Positions 30,461-40,088 of a stretch of DNA of 64,000 nt are shown piece by piece. Source of the stretch: an uncultured Gemmatimonadales bacterium. GTDB taxonomy: Bacteria > Gemmatimonadota > Gemmatimonadetes > Gemmatimonadales > GWC2-71-9. The notes under the pieces were generated by a model. The model was not told where the DNA came from. It made no database searches and saw nothing but the letters and a program-made list of their open reading frames with translations. Positions within the stretch are counted from its first letter, which is position 1. The number at the start of each line of letters is the position of its first letter. The stretch covers positions 864,001-928,000 of the forward strand of contig CAWHFW010000005.1 of the NCBI GenBank assembly GCA_963828735.1, written 5' to 3'. A program made the position numbers and the translations under genes.

Positions 30461-31596
30461 GCCGCTCGCAACGCGCGCAGCGCGCCGCCCCCCTGCCTTC
30501 GACCGACCTCGACCAGCTCCGCCAGCGCGTGCGCGCGCTCGCGGAGAACCGGCCGGCGATCTATCGCATGACGGACGCGTTGGGACGGGTGATCTACGTC
30601 GGCAAGGCCAAGCGACTGCGCACACGGCTCCTGACGTACTTCCGGGCGGAGTATCCCGACGACAAGGCGGCCCGGATTCTCTACGCGGCGAGTGACATCG
30701 CCTGGGATTACGTGCCCAGCGAGTTCGCCGCCTACCTCGGCGAGCTGCGGCAGATCCGGAAGTTCCGCCCGCACTTCAACTATCGTGGCAACGTGACGCG
30801 GCGCTCCGTCCTCATCAAGATCTCCGGGGATCCGGCGCCGCGGGTGTATGCCGGGGCGACCGTCGCGAAGACCGACGCGTGCTGTTACGGTCCCTTCCGA
30901 TCGCTCGGCCGAACTCTCGAGGCCGTTCGGACGCTCAACGACCTGCTCGGCCTCAGGGACTGCACGCTGGAGATGCCGGCGGTGTACGCAGGCCAGGCTG
31001 ACCTCTTCGACCAGCCTCGCCAGGCCGGATGCATGCGCCACGAGTTCGGATTCTGCGCCGGCCCGTGCGCGGGCCTCGTGACGCAGCTGGACTACCGGCG
31101 GCGGGTGGAGACGGCGATGGCATTCCTCGAGGGCCGGACCATCCAGCCGATCGATCGTGTCGTCGCGGCAATGCAGGATGCGGCGGCCCAGGCGCGGTTC
31201 GAGGTCGCCGCGCGGTGGCGAGAAAGGTTCGAGCAGCTCGAGTGGCTGCTGGCCGCCACGAGCCGGGCACGTTGCGCGCGCGACCTGCTGACATTCGTGT
31301 ACCGCGATCCCGGTGACTTCGGCGACGACCGGGTCTACCTCGTTCGGCAGGGCGTGGTACGGGCGTCCTTTCCTTATCCCGCGACGCCCATCGAGCGCGA
31401 GGCCTTTCGGGCCGTCGTGGCCGACGAGGCGGCCAGACCGGCACCGCCCTCGGGGCCGCTGCCCCTCGAATCGATCGACGAGATCCTGCTGCTCATGTCC
31501 TGGTTTCGCGCGCACCCGGAGGCCCTCCGCCGAACGACGCCATACGAGGACTGGGCGACGGAGAGCAGCCCCAGACCCCTAACGTCCGCCCGTTAG
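30457..31596 (+). CDS. Short UvrC-like (Cho-like) GIY-YIG nuclease with Cys-rich and UVR domains
   Basis: AIY..IYVGKAKRLRTR, YGPF, LRDC..C.......C.GPC, MQDAAAQARFEVAARWRE; 379 aa, no RNaseH/HhH tail evident. Confidence 0.85.
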   Translation: MSRSQRAQRAAPLPSTDLDQLRQRVRALAENRPAIYRMTDALGRVIYVGKAKRLRTRLLTYFRAEYPDDKAARILYAASDIAWDYVPSEFAAYLGELRQIRKFRPHFNYRGNVTRRSVLIKISGDPAPRVYAGATVAKTDACCYGPFRSLGRTLEAVRTLNDLLGLRDCTLEMPAVYAGQADLFDQPRQAGCMRHEFGFCAGPCAGLVTQLDYRRRVETAMAFLEGRTIQPIDRVVAAMQDAAAQARFEVAARWRERFEQLEWLLAATSRARCARDLLTFVYRDPGDFGDDRVYLVRQGVVRASFPYPATPIEREAFRAVVADEAARPAPPSGPLPLESIDEILLLMSWFRAHPEALRRTTPYEDWATESSPRPLTSAR

Positions 31597-31728
31597 GACA
31601 GATCCCCGGATCACATTCTGTAACCTCCTGAAACACGGACGTTTGGATGCCTGCACTTCCTGGCATCCACCGTGCCTGACCTCCCGCCGTTGCGCGGTTC
31701 GCGCAATCCACACGTCTGGGAGGATCAC

Positions 31729-32340
31729 ATGGTTCGGAAGCTACTTCTCGCCGGCACGGTTGCCGGCCTCGCCCTGACGGCGCCGCTCGCCGCGCAGGGT
31801 CCGTCGTTCGGCCTCACCCCATATGCGGGATACATGAAGTTCGGCAGCCTCGTCGCCGGTCCGTTCGGCACGAGCGTCAAGAATGCCGGCGCCGCCGTGT
31901 ACGGCGCGGAGGCGCAGCTCGGGCTCACCAACGGAGTCGCCCTCGTGGGAAACGTCGCCTATACCCAGCCGGGGCTCGAGATCGGCGCTCCCGTCATCGG
32001 CGGCGTATCCGTCGGACAGAGCTCGGTGCTGATGTACGACGCCGCCCTCCGGCTGCGCGTCCCCCTGACGAGAGGGCTTCCGATCTCGCCGTTCGTACAG
32101 GGTGGGGCCGGGGCGGTGCGCCAATCGTTCGACGTCGGTCCGGCCTCTACACACGCGACCAACGTCGCGTACAATGTCGGTGCCGGGGCGGACGTAGGCC
32201 TCGGCCGCCGGCTCGGCTTTCAACTGATGGTGAAAGACTATATCGGGAAGTTCGACGCGCGGGAGGCGACGTCGATCAACGTTGGGACGAAGACCACGCA
32301 CAACTGGGCCGTGAGCGCAGGGCTACGGCTCGGCCTCTGA
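31729..32340 (+). CDS. Small outer-membrane beta-barrel protein
   Basis: GGAGG RBS; signal peptide ending PLAAQ; SPFVQGGAG; terminal strand SAGLRLGL. Confidence 0.8.
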   Translation: MVRKLLLAGTVAGLALTAPLAAQGPSFGLTPYAGYMKFGSLVAGPFGTSVKNAGAAVYGAEAQLGLTNGVALVGNVAYTQPGLEIGAPVIGGVSVGQSSVLMYDAALRLRVPLTRGLPISPFVQGGAGAVRQSFDVGPASTHATNVAYNVGAGADVGLGRRLGFQLMVKDYIGKFDAREATSINVGTKTTHNWAVSAGLRLGL

Positions 32341-32411
32341 TCCTGTACCGTCACTGGCGCCGTCGGCGTGTTCTTTCTGGTGCGCCGACCGGCGTCCGCG
32401 ATCCATGCACG

Positions 32412-33077
32412 TCAACGTGATGGCGCAGACGTGACTGCCGCCCACCGCGCGGGTGTCCGCTCGACTGCCGATCCGCCGTCCGTCTGCCCGGGCCAGCCAT
32501 ACCACGTGCTCGGATCGTCGTCGTGAATCACGAAGGCGATGCCAGGCCGTCGCCCGGCTTCGCCCGCAAACCACGCCGGGTCGAGCCGCAGCACCACGGA
32601 CCAGCCCGCCGTGTCGTCCGAGGAGGATACCTCCCAGCCACCGCCCGCATGCTCGGCCCCGACTCGCCAGTCGGGGTCATCGCGCGGCGGTTCCCAGCGC
32701 CCAGCCCGTCCGCGATACACCACGCTGCTGTCCAGCACGCGCCGGATGGAGAACAGGAAGTCGTCATGCCCCGGCGCGGCCGTGCGATCACCGGACAGGT
32801 CGAGGCACACCTCCAGCGCATCAGACCACGAGAGGCTGCGGTCGGGGACCATCGCGACCACGAAGACGGTGTCCGAGGCACGGATCAGCCACACCAGCGC
32901 GCGGCCTTGCCGGGTCTCGAGCGTCACCTGAGGGGTGCCCCACCCGACGGTGTCGGGCCGCGCCTGGGCGGACGGAGCGGTGGGTACGTCTCGGATGGCG
33001 AGGGAATCGCCGTGGTCGAGCGGAACCGCGGCGCCCTGGAGCGCGGCGAGGGCGGCGGCGAGGAGAAGGGCCGTGGG
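32412..33077 (-). CDS. Hypothetical exported protein (DOMON/CBM9-like); start codon unresolved
   Basis: Open frame directly after the upstream TAG with signal-like ALLLAAALAALQG; DALEVCLD, GWSVVLRL, IHDDD motifs; first GTG only at 32927. Confidence 0.55.
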   Translation of the reverse strand, partial: PTALLLAAALAALQGAAVPLDHGDSLAIRDVPTAPSAQARPDTVGWGTPQVTLETRQGRALVWLIRASDTVFVVAMVPDRSLSWSDALEVCLDLSGDRTAAPGHDDFLFSIRRVLDSSVVYRGRAGRWEPPRDDPDWRVGAEHAGGGWEVSSSDDTAGWSVVLRLDPAWFAGEAGRRPGIAFVIHDDDPSTWYGWPGQTDGGSAVERTPARWAAVTSAPSR

Positions 33078-33569
33078 CTAGTCCGCGTCGGCGGGCGTGA
33101 GCGGCACGAGGCGGCCACGAGGCGGGATGCCGGGCTCGAGCTCCAGAATTCCGACCGACGCGGGAAGATCGAACCGCCGAGGCCCCGCGCCTCCCGGATT
33201 CATCACGGTCACGACCGTGTCCACCAGCGTGAGCACCGGCCGGTGGGTGTGGCCGAAGACGATGATCTCCGCGTCGGGAAACTCCGCCTGTAGCCGGTCC
33301 GGGGTGGGCGAGCCGAGCTGGTCGCCGTGCGTCACGATTATCGTGAAGCCGTCGAGCTCCACGCGGGCGACCCGAGGCAGTCGGTGTCGCAGCGCCCAAA
33401 CGTCGGTGTTGCCATAGACCGCGGTCAGAGGCGCGATCGCCTGCAGCTCGTCGAGGATGGCCTCACGTCCCACGTCGCCGCCATGCAGGATGTGATCGAC
33501 TCCGCTGAACACGTCGAACACCTCGGGCCGCAGGAGCCCATGGGTGTCGGAGAGTACGCCGATCCGCAT
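33078..33569 (-). CDS. YfcE/MJ0936-family metallophosphoesterase
   Basis: SDTHG, HGGDVG, GNTD, THG, FGHTH, NPG. Confidence 0.92.
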   Translation of the reverse strand: MRIGVLSDTHGLLRPEVFDVFSGVDHILHGGDVGREAILDELQAIAPLTAVYGNTDVWALRHRLPRVARVELDGFTIIVTHGDQLGSPTPDRLQAEFPDAEIIVFGHTHRPVLTLVDTVVTVMNPGGAGPRRFDLPASVGILELEPGIPPRGRLVPLTPADAD

Positions 33570-33580
33570 TTCGGCTTCCG

Positions 33581-34781
33581 TCAGTCGACCCGGCGGGCGG
33601 CGGCCACCCGCGCGATGACCGCGTTGAACGCCTGAAGCACCTCGGGGCCCGTGAAGGTGCAGTGCCCGTAGCGGTCGGGTGCCTGCTGCTGGAGCAGGTC
33701 CGAGGCCGCGCTCGCCGCCACCTTGCCCGCGTACCGGTCCTCCTGGCTGGCAGGGACGATCGGATCCCCCAGCGTGTGCAGGGTCCCGGCGGGAATCGTG
33801 AGCGCGCCCGAGGTCTCGAACGCGTCGAGGGCCGCGCGCGCGATCGGATCCGCGCTCACCCGCGCGACGCCGGCGTTGAGCGCGTCGTCGTCGGACGAGC
33901 CATGATACGTCGCGACCCTGGTTGTCGTACGGCTGGCCGCCGAGACGGGCCCGTGCGTCGGGCAGTGCGAAGATGTCGTACCAGAGGATGCCGAGCACGG
34001 TCGCGCCGGCGGACGGCAGGTCTTGCGGATCGTGCGGCGCGCCGGCCACGGTCAGAAGCTCGAGCGTGGTCGCGGCGTCGGCCTGGAGCGCGGCGGTCAC
34101 TTTCGGTACGTAGATCGTGTTCCACTGCGCGCGCACGGTGTCGGGAACGTCCACCGGTCCCCCGGGGATCACGCCCGGGAAGTAGTAGTCGAACAGCACG
34201 CGAAAATCACCGAGATAGTCGACCTGGCCCGCGAAGTCGCCGATCGGCCCGCACATCGCGAGCGCCGCATCGAACAAGTCGTCGTGCTGTTCGGCAGTCA
34301 GGGCGGCGACCAGACCCCCCTCCGACACGCCGACAACGACGACGCGGGACGGGTCGGGCGTAAAGCGCCCGCGGATCTCCTCGACCAGCTGGGCCACGTC
34401 GTCTACCGCCTGATCCGCCACGAGCCCGTTCGCCCGGTAGCTGGTGGTGGCGTACCCGTACCCCAGGCCGTTCACGATCTGCTCGATCGGCTGACCCTCG
34501 ACGGCGTCGTCGGGAATCGCCAACGGCTCGTCGGCCGAAACGTAGCCATGCGCGTAGACCACGAGGTCGCCGTTCCAGGCGGCCGGAAAGCAGACCCGGT
34601 ACAGCGCCGGAGATTGGGAGAGGGTCCCTTCGCGGCAGCCGGCCGTCACCGGCTCCTCCTGGTTGCCCGGCGACTGGGAATCGTCGCCGCCGCAGGCGGC
34701 CGCCTCGAGCACGCCAAGGATCAGCGCGACACGGGCGAGACGACGCGGGAGGGAAAGCGGAGATCGTGGGCAGGCGTTCAT
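33581..34781 (-). pseudogene. Alpha/beta-hydrolase lipoprotein, frameshifted near 33911 (pseudogene or assembly error)
   Basis: Lipobox AAAC, YAHGY, nucleophile motif GVSEGG in one frame; GDPIVP and YGHCTF in the shifted frame. Confidence 0.75.
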
Positions 34782-34801
34782 GACGTGCTCACAGGCGGAA
34801 G

Positions 34802-35404
34802 CTAGGTGAGCGCCGGATCGTCACCGGTCCAGCGGCGCGCAATCTCGATGTCGAGCTCGAGCTGATCGAGTACCCGCTGGACGATGAAGTCCACCAGCTC
34901 GGCGACGGTCGCGGGCCGGTGATAGAAACCGGGCGCCGCGGGAATGACGACGGCGCCGGCTTCCGTGACCGCCACCAGGTTGCGGAGATGCACGAGCGAC
35001 AGCGGCGTTTCGCGCGGGACGAGGATCAGCTTCCGCCGCTCCTTGAGCGTCACGTCCGCGGCGCGCTCCACCAGCGAACGGCTGGTGCCGCCGGCGATGG
35101 CCGCCACGGTGCCCATCGAGCAGGGACAGACGACCATGCCGTGCGTGCGCTGCGAGCCGGACGCCGGCAGCGCGCCACGATCGTCGTCGGGGAACGCGGT
35201 CACCGATCCCCAATCGCTGCCCGTGCTCACCCGCAGAGCCTCCATCGACTCGATGCCGCACTCGTCCCGCAGCAGACGCATGCCGTGGGTCGAGGCGATG
35301 AGCCAGACCGGCACCTGGTGGCGCGCCAGCACGTCGAGGAGGCGGACACCGTAAGGCGCGCCGGATGCCCCGGTGAGGGCGAGCACGACGGGATGGCGGG
35401 TCAC
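34802..35404 (-). CDS. ubiX: Flavin prenyltransferase
   Basis: TGASGA.YG, ASGS, PCSMGT, RAADVTLKE, PRETP, PGFY. Confidence 0.95.
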   Translation of the reverse strand: MTRHPVVLALTGASGAPYGVRLLDVLARHQVPVWLIASTHGMRLLRDECGIESMEALRVSTGSDWGSVTAFPDDDRGALPASGSQRTHGMVVCPCSMGTVAAIAGGTSRSLVERAADVTLKERRKLILVPRETPLSLVHLRNLVAVTEAGAVVIPAAPGFYHRPATVAELVDFIVQRVLDQLELDIEIARRWTGDDPALT

Positions 35405-35556
35405 CGTCCCCGCCGGTTGGGCGTCGGAGAGCGCACCGGGTGTTTCGGCTGGGCGTGCGGTGGCGGGCGTCGCGTGGGCTGCGGCGTCGGCCGGGATGGG
35501 GAGCCCGAGGTTCCGCGCCGACCGTCTCGCGGCTCTGGGCGAGGCGGCGTGTTCAT
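35401..35556 (-). CDS. Putative 51-aa Pro/Arg-rich small ORF between ubiA and ubiX
   Basis: ATGA overlap with the ubiA stop and GTGA overlap with the ubiX start. Confidence 0.45.
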   Translation of the reverse strand: MNTPPRPEPRDGRRGTSGSPSRPTPQPTRRPPPHAQPKHPVRSPTPNRRGR

Positions 35557-36455
35557 CGCGACAGCCGATCGATCAGGGCGAACGCGAAGACGGTGAGGCT
35601 CATGACCCCGTTCATGGTGAAGAACGCCGCATCGAGGCGGGACAGGTCGCCGGGGCGGACGAGTCGGTGCTCGTAGGCGAGGATGCCCGCCGCGACGGCC
35701 AAACCGGCGAAGTACCAGAGGCCGAAGTCCGCACCCCACCCGAAGAGCGCGAGCGCCGGCACCGTCGCGCCATGCAGTACCTTCGCCAGCCGGATGGCCC
35801 GCACCTCGCCGAGGCGCACGACGGCGCTTCGAAGTCCATGGGCCTGGTCGAAGCCCTCGTCGGGCAGCGCGTAGAAGATGTCGAAGCCGGCGACCCAGGT
35901 GGCCACCGCGAGCGTCACCGAGAGCAGCAGCCACGCCGGACGGCTCCAGTGCCCGGTGACCGCGAGATACCCGCCGACCGGCGCAATCGCGAGGCTCATC
36001 CCGAGCCAGAGGTGCGGCCACCAGGTGAAGCGCTTGGTGAGACTGTACGTCAGGATCCAGGCCAGCGCGAGCGGACTGAGCAGGAAGCAGAGCGGGTTGA
36101 GCTTCCAAGCGGCGAGCAGGAACAACGCGGCGGCAACGATGATCGAGACCCATGCCTGAACCGGGGTCAGCGTCCCACGCGGCAGCTCCCGGTTCCGCGT
36201 GCGCGGGTTGACCGCGTCGAACCGGAGATCGGCGACGCGATTGAATCCCATCGCCGCCCAGCGGGCCGCCGAGAACGCCACCACGACGAGCACCACCATG
36301 CCGATCGTGACGGGGGCCGTTCGCGAGGCCGCCAGCACGCCGAGCAGCGCGAACGGCAACGCGAAGAGCGTGTGCGGAAGCTTGACGAAGTTCACGTAGC
36401 GGACGAGGAGCGACTCGCCGGCGAATGTCTGGCCCTCGCGCGCGGGAGAGGTCAC
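35553..36455 (-). CDS. ubiA: UbiA-like polyprenyltransferase (MqnP type)
   Basis: HTLFALPFA, FNRVADLRFDAVNPRT..RELP, YSLTKRFT, GFDIFYALPD. Confidence 0.92.
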   Translation of the reverse strand: MTSPAREGQTFAGESLLVRYVNFVKLPHTLFALPFALLGVLAASRTAPVTIGMVVLVVVAFSAARWAAMGFNRVADLRFDAVNPRTRNRELPRGTLTPVQAWVSIIVAAALFLLAAWKLNPLCFLLSPLALAWILTYSLTKRFTWWPHLWLGMSLAIAPVGGYLAVTGHWSRPAWLLLSVTLAVATWVAGFDIFYALPDEGFDQAHGLRSAVVRLGEVRAIRLAKVLHGATVPALALFGWGADFGLWYFAGLAVAAGILAYEHRLVRPGDLSRLDAAFFTMNGVMSLTVFAFALIDRLSR

Positions 36456-37930
36456 AGGCGGATGCCCAGCCGCGGCCACAATTCGTCGACCCGCCGCTTG
36501 GTCTCATCGTCCATCCGGATCAGGTCCGGCCATTCCCGCGTGAATCCCTCTTCCTTCCACTTCCGCGTCGCGTCGATTCCCATCTTGCTCCCGAACGTGA
36601 AACCGCGGCTCGCGTGGTCAAGCACGTCCACCGGCCCCATCGTGAAGCGCACGTCGCGCTCGGGATCGATGTTGTTCAATGCGATCCACCACGCCTCATC
36701 GGGGTTTTGCACGTTGACGTGCTTGTCCACGATCACCAGCACCTTCGCGAGCGACATCAGCCCCTGCCCCCACAGCGCGTTCATCACCTTGTAGGCCTGA
36801 CCCGGATACTGCTTGTCGATCGAGACGAACACCAGGTTGTGGAAGATGCCGGCGGCCGGCATGTGGTAGTCCACGATCTCGGGGACGGTGAGCTTGAGCA
36901 GGGGCAGGAAGATCCGCTCGGTCGCGTGTCCCAGGTAATAGTCCTCCATCGGTGGCGGACCCACCAGGGTGGCGGGGTAGATCGGGTCGCGCCGAGCCGT
37001 CATGGCGGTGACGTGGACCAGGGGATAGAGGTCGGCGAGAGAGTAGAAGCCGGTATGGTCCCCGAACGGTCCCTCGAGCACGAGCGCCTCGGCTGGATCG
37101 ATGTATCCCTCCAGCACCATCTCCGCCTCGGCGGGCAGTTCGAGATCGCAGGTGACGGCACGGACGAGCTCGACCGGCTCCCGGCGCAGGAAGCCGGCGA
37201 AGATGAACTCGTCGATCGTGGGCGGCAGCGGCGCCGAGCCGGAGTAGATGCTGGCGGGGTCGCCTCCGAGCGCGATGACGACGGGCATCCGCTCACCGCG
37301 CTCCGCCATTTCCCGCCAATGCGCGGCGCCCACCTTGTGCCGCTGCCAGTGCATCGCGAGCGTGTTGCGCCCCAGCACCTGGACGCGGTACATCCCGACG
37401 TTCCGGATGCCGCGCGACGGATCGGTCGTGATCACCATCGGCAGGGTGATGTAGCGCCCGCCGTCCCCCGGCCAGGTCGTGAGAAACGGGACGTCGTCGA
37501 GGTTCACGGCGTCGCCGCGAAGGACGACGTCCTGGCACGGGGCGCGTCCGCCCTTCATCCGGGGCGGAAACTTTCCGATCTCCGCGAGCTTCGGAAGCAT
37601 CGCCAGCTTGCCGAGCAGTCCCTCGGGGACCTTGATATTGAGCATGTCAGCGATGCGGGCACCGATGCTGTCGAGCTCCTCGACGCCGAGGGCGAGGCAC
37701 ATCCGGCGCATCGAGCCGAACAGGTTGATGGCCACCGGCTGCGAGCTCCGGCGGCCGTCCTCGAGGAGGACGTGCTCGAAGAGGAGCGCGGGGCCGCCGC
37801 CCGGGCTCTTCATGCAGCGATCGGCGATCTCCGCGACCTCGAGACGCGCGCGAACCGGCTGCGTGATCCGGACGAGCTCGCCGAGGCGGTCGATGTCCTG
37901 GATGAACTGGCGGAGGTTGTCGAGGGCCAT
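36452..37930 (-). CDS. ubiD: UbiD-family menaquinone biosynthesis decarboxylase (MqnL type)
   Basis: GGPALLFE, RNVGMYR, EGPFGDHTGFY, SKMGIDAT. Confidence 0.93.
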   Translation of the reverse strand: MALDNLRQFIQDIDRLGELVRITQPVRARLEVAEIADRCMKSPGGGPALLFEHVLLEDGRRSSQPVAINLFGSMRRMCLALGVEELDSIGARIADMLNIKVPEGLLGKLAMLPKLAEIGKFPPRMKGGRAPCQDVVLRGDAVNLDDVPFLTTWPGDGGRYITLPMVITTDPSRGIRNVGMYRVQVLGRNTLAMHWQRHKVGAAHWREMAERGERMPVVIALGGDPASIYSGSAPLPPTIDEFIFAGFLRREPVELVRAVTCDLELPAEAEMVLEGYIDPAEALVLEGPFGDHTGFYSLADLYPLVHVTAMTARRDPIYPATLVGPPPMEDYYLGHATERIFLPLLKLTVPEIVDYHMPAAGIFHNLVFVSIDKQYPGQAYKVMNALWGQGLMSLAKVLVIVDKHVNVQNPDEAWWIALNNIDPERDVRFTMGPVDVLDHASRGFTFGSKMGIDATRKWKEEGFTREWPDLIRMDDETKRRVDELWPRLGIRL

Positions 37931-38048
37931 GGGGGTCGATGCTAGGGGTGGGCCATCGGTCGAACCGGAGTCATCGCGGCGGCAACGGCCGCCCGCTCGG
38001 CGTCACCGCTCCGGACGACGCGGAACCTCGCCCGCGCGCCCGCCGTCC

Positions 38049-38786
38049 TCACGGCGCCACGTCCCGCGTCCCCACGTGCAGGGCGCACACGCCGCCCATG
38101 AACAGCTCGAAGGCCACCTCCCGAAATCCCTGCGCCTCCAGCCGGCGGGCGAGCTCGGGTGGCTCGGGAAACGCGAACGTCGACGCTGGTAACCACGTAT
38201 AGGCGGTCGTATGTTTCGAGATCGAGCGGCCGATCCACGGCAGCACGCGCCGGAAATAGAGCGTATACAATCGTCGCAGCAACGGGTGGCGCGGCAGCGC
38301 CATTTCCAGGATCACGAGGCGGCCGCCAGGCTTGAGCACGCGGGCGGCCTCGGCGAGTCCCGCATCGAGGTCCGCCAGGTTTCGCACTCCCCATCCGACC
38401 ATCGCGCCGTCGAAGGAGGCGTCCGGGAACGGCAGCTCGAGCGCGTCGGCCGTCACCGGCGCCACCCGGCGGGCCTTCGACCGCCCGAGACGCAGCATGG
38501 CGGGGACGAAGTCGGCGCCGGCGACGAACCCGCGAAAGCCGCGCGTCGTCGCGAGAGCGGCTGCGAAGTCGAGGGTTCCCGCGCACAGGTCGAGGTAGAT
38601 TCCGTCCGGCTTCCGCTCCCACCCCAGCCGACCGATCGCGTAGCGCCGCCAGCCTTGATCGAGCCGAAGGCTGATGATGCGGTTGAGGCGGTCGTAGGTG
38701 GGGGCGATCGCGGTGAAAACGTCCCGGACATAGGCCCGCTTCTCCGGGCCGCCCGAGACGGGTAACTCACGATCCGAGGCTAACAT
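38049..38786 (-). CDS. menG: Demethylmenaquinone methyltransferase (UbiE/MenG)
   Basis: IAPTYDRLN, LDLCAGTLD, DALELPF, GVRN, RVLKPGG. Confidence 0.9.
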   Translation of the reverse strand: MLASDRELPVSGGPEKRAYVRDVFTAIAPTYDRLNRIISLRLDQGWRRYAIGRLGWERKPDGIYLDLCAGTLDFAAALATTRGFRGFVAGADFVPAMLRLGRSKARRVAPVTADALELPFPDASFDGAMVGWGVRNLADLDAGLAEAARVLKPGGRLVILEMALPRHPLLRRLYTLYFRRVLPWIGRSISKHTTAYTWLPASTFAFPEPPELARRLEAQGFREVAFELFMGGVCALHVGTRDVAP

Positions 38787-38836
38787 AGGCGCTCAATGTA
38801 GTCCTGCGGCGAGAGCCTTGGCAAGGCGGCGCGCGG

Positions 38837-39442
38837 GTGGCTGACACCCCGGAGTGGTTCCGCCTCACCGACCAGGAGGTCGTCCTCATGGCCCGGGCGG
38901 GCCGCGAGACGGCCTACCGGGAGCTGATCCGCCGCTACGAGCGGCCGATCTTCGCGTTGCTCTACCGCATGGTGCGCGACCGCGAGCTCGCGGAGGACTT
39001 GGCGCAAGAAACCTTCATCAAGGCGCTCAACGCCATCGAGTCGTACCGTCCGGAGTTCAAGTTCTCCTCCTGGATCTTCAAGATCGCCAACAACGCGGCC
39101 ATCGATCACCTCCGGCGGCGTGAGCTGGATACGCTGTCCCTCGACGGCTCACCGCACGCCGCGACGCCCGAGGCCATGCAGGCCACCGCCCTCCAGATCG
39201 GCGCGCGACAGGAATCGCCGCTCGACGCGGTCGAGGCGAAGGAGCTGGGGGGCGCCATCGAGGCAGCCATCGGCCGGCTCAGACCTGAATACCGATCCTG
39301 CATCCTGCTGCGCCATGTCGAGGGGCGCGCCTACGAGGAAATCGCCGAGATGCTGGACCTCCCGCTCGGCACCGTCAAGACGTACATCCACCGGGCCCGC
39401 AACGAGCTGCGACAGACGTTGGCCCACCTGCGCGAAGAATGA
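38837..39442 (+). CDS. ECF RNA polymerase sigma factor (SigW/RpoE-like)
   Basis: AEDLAQETFIKA, FSSWIFKIANN, YEEIAEMLDLPLGTVKTYIHRAR. Confidence 0.95.
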   Translation: MADTPEWFRLTDQEVVLMARAGRETAYRELIRRYERPIFALLYRMVRDRELAEDLAQETFIKALNAIESYRPEFKFSSWIFKIANNAAIDHLRRRELDTLSLDGSPHAATPEAMQATALQIGARQESPLDAVEAKELGGAIEAAIGRLRPEYRSCILLRHVEGRAYEEIAEMLDLPLGTVKTYIHRARNELRQTLAHLREE

Positions 39443-39466
39443 AACCTCCCCTGTTCCCCGACCGTA
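39440..39466 (+). promoter_or_regulatory. SigW-type ECF promoter TGAAAC-N17-CGTA overlapping the sigma stop codon
   Basis: Same AGAATGAAACC...CGTA context as the site at 27218. Confidence 0.55.
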
Positions 39467-39479
39467 GGAGGGTCCACTT

Positions 39480-40088
39480 ATGACCCCTGTTTCCGGCCAC
39501 CATCTCTCGCCCGAGGATTTCGACGCGTGGCTCGCCGGCGCGCTCGCGCCGGCCGCGGAGGAACACCTGGCCGGCTGCCTCGCCTGCCGCGAGCGCGCCG
39601 AGACCGAGCGGGAGGTCGTCGCGCTGGTCGAGGCGCTCCCGCTGATGGGCCCCACGCCCGGCTTTGCCGATCGGGTCATGGCGCGCGTAACCATTCCGAG
39701 CGCGGTGCACGAGCGGACGCTCGACCTGCTCCGCCGTCGGGTCTTCGCCACGAAGCGCTCGCTGGCCATTGCCGCCAGCCTCCTTGTCCTCGTCGCGGGC
39801 TCGATGGCCGGCAGCATCGTGTGGACCCTTGGCCATCAGGAAACCCTGGCCGCGCTCGGCGGCTGGCTTAGCGCCCAGGCCGGTCAGGCCGCGTGGCTGG
39901 GGGTCCGAGGCATCGCGTCGAACTTCATCGAGCAGCCCTGGTTCGCGGGGCTCAAGGCGCTGGCCGGGAGCCCGGGTCGTCTCGGGATCGCCTCCGCCGT
40001 CACCCTCCTCGCCTACCTGAGCGGAGTGCTCGCGCTTCGCCGCCTCCTGGCTTTGCCGACGCAGCGGGTGGCTCATGTCGGCGCATAG
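39480..40088 (+). CDS. Zinc-binding (ZAS) membrane anti-sigma factor
   Basis: HLAGCLAC (HxxxCxxC), P.PGFADRVMA, two TM helices; AGGAGG RBS. Confidence 0.85.
   Translation: MTPVSGHHLSPEDFDAWLAGALAPAAEEHLAGCLACRERAETEREVVALVEALPLMGPTPGFADRVMARVTIPSAVHERTLDLLRRRVFATKRSLAIAASLLVLVAGSMAGSIVWTLGHQETLAALGGWLSAQAGQAAWLGVRGIASNFIEQPWFAGLKALAGSPGRLGIASAVTLLAYLSGVLALRRLLALPTQRVAHVGA

Noticed and set aside
33078..34781. Apparent hydrolase-metallophosphoesterase fusion (567 aa)
   Set aside because: Product of the frameshift near 33911; the linker is out-of-frame sequence
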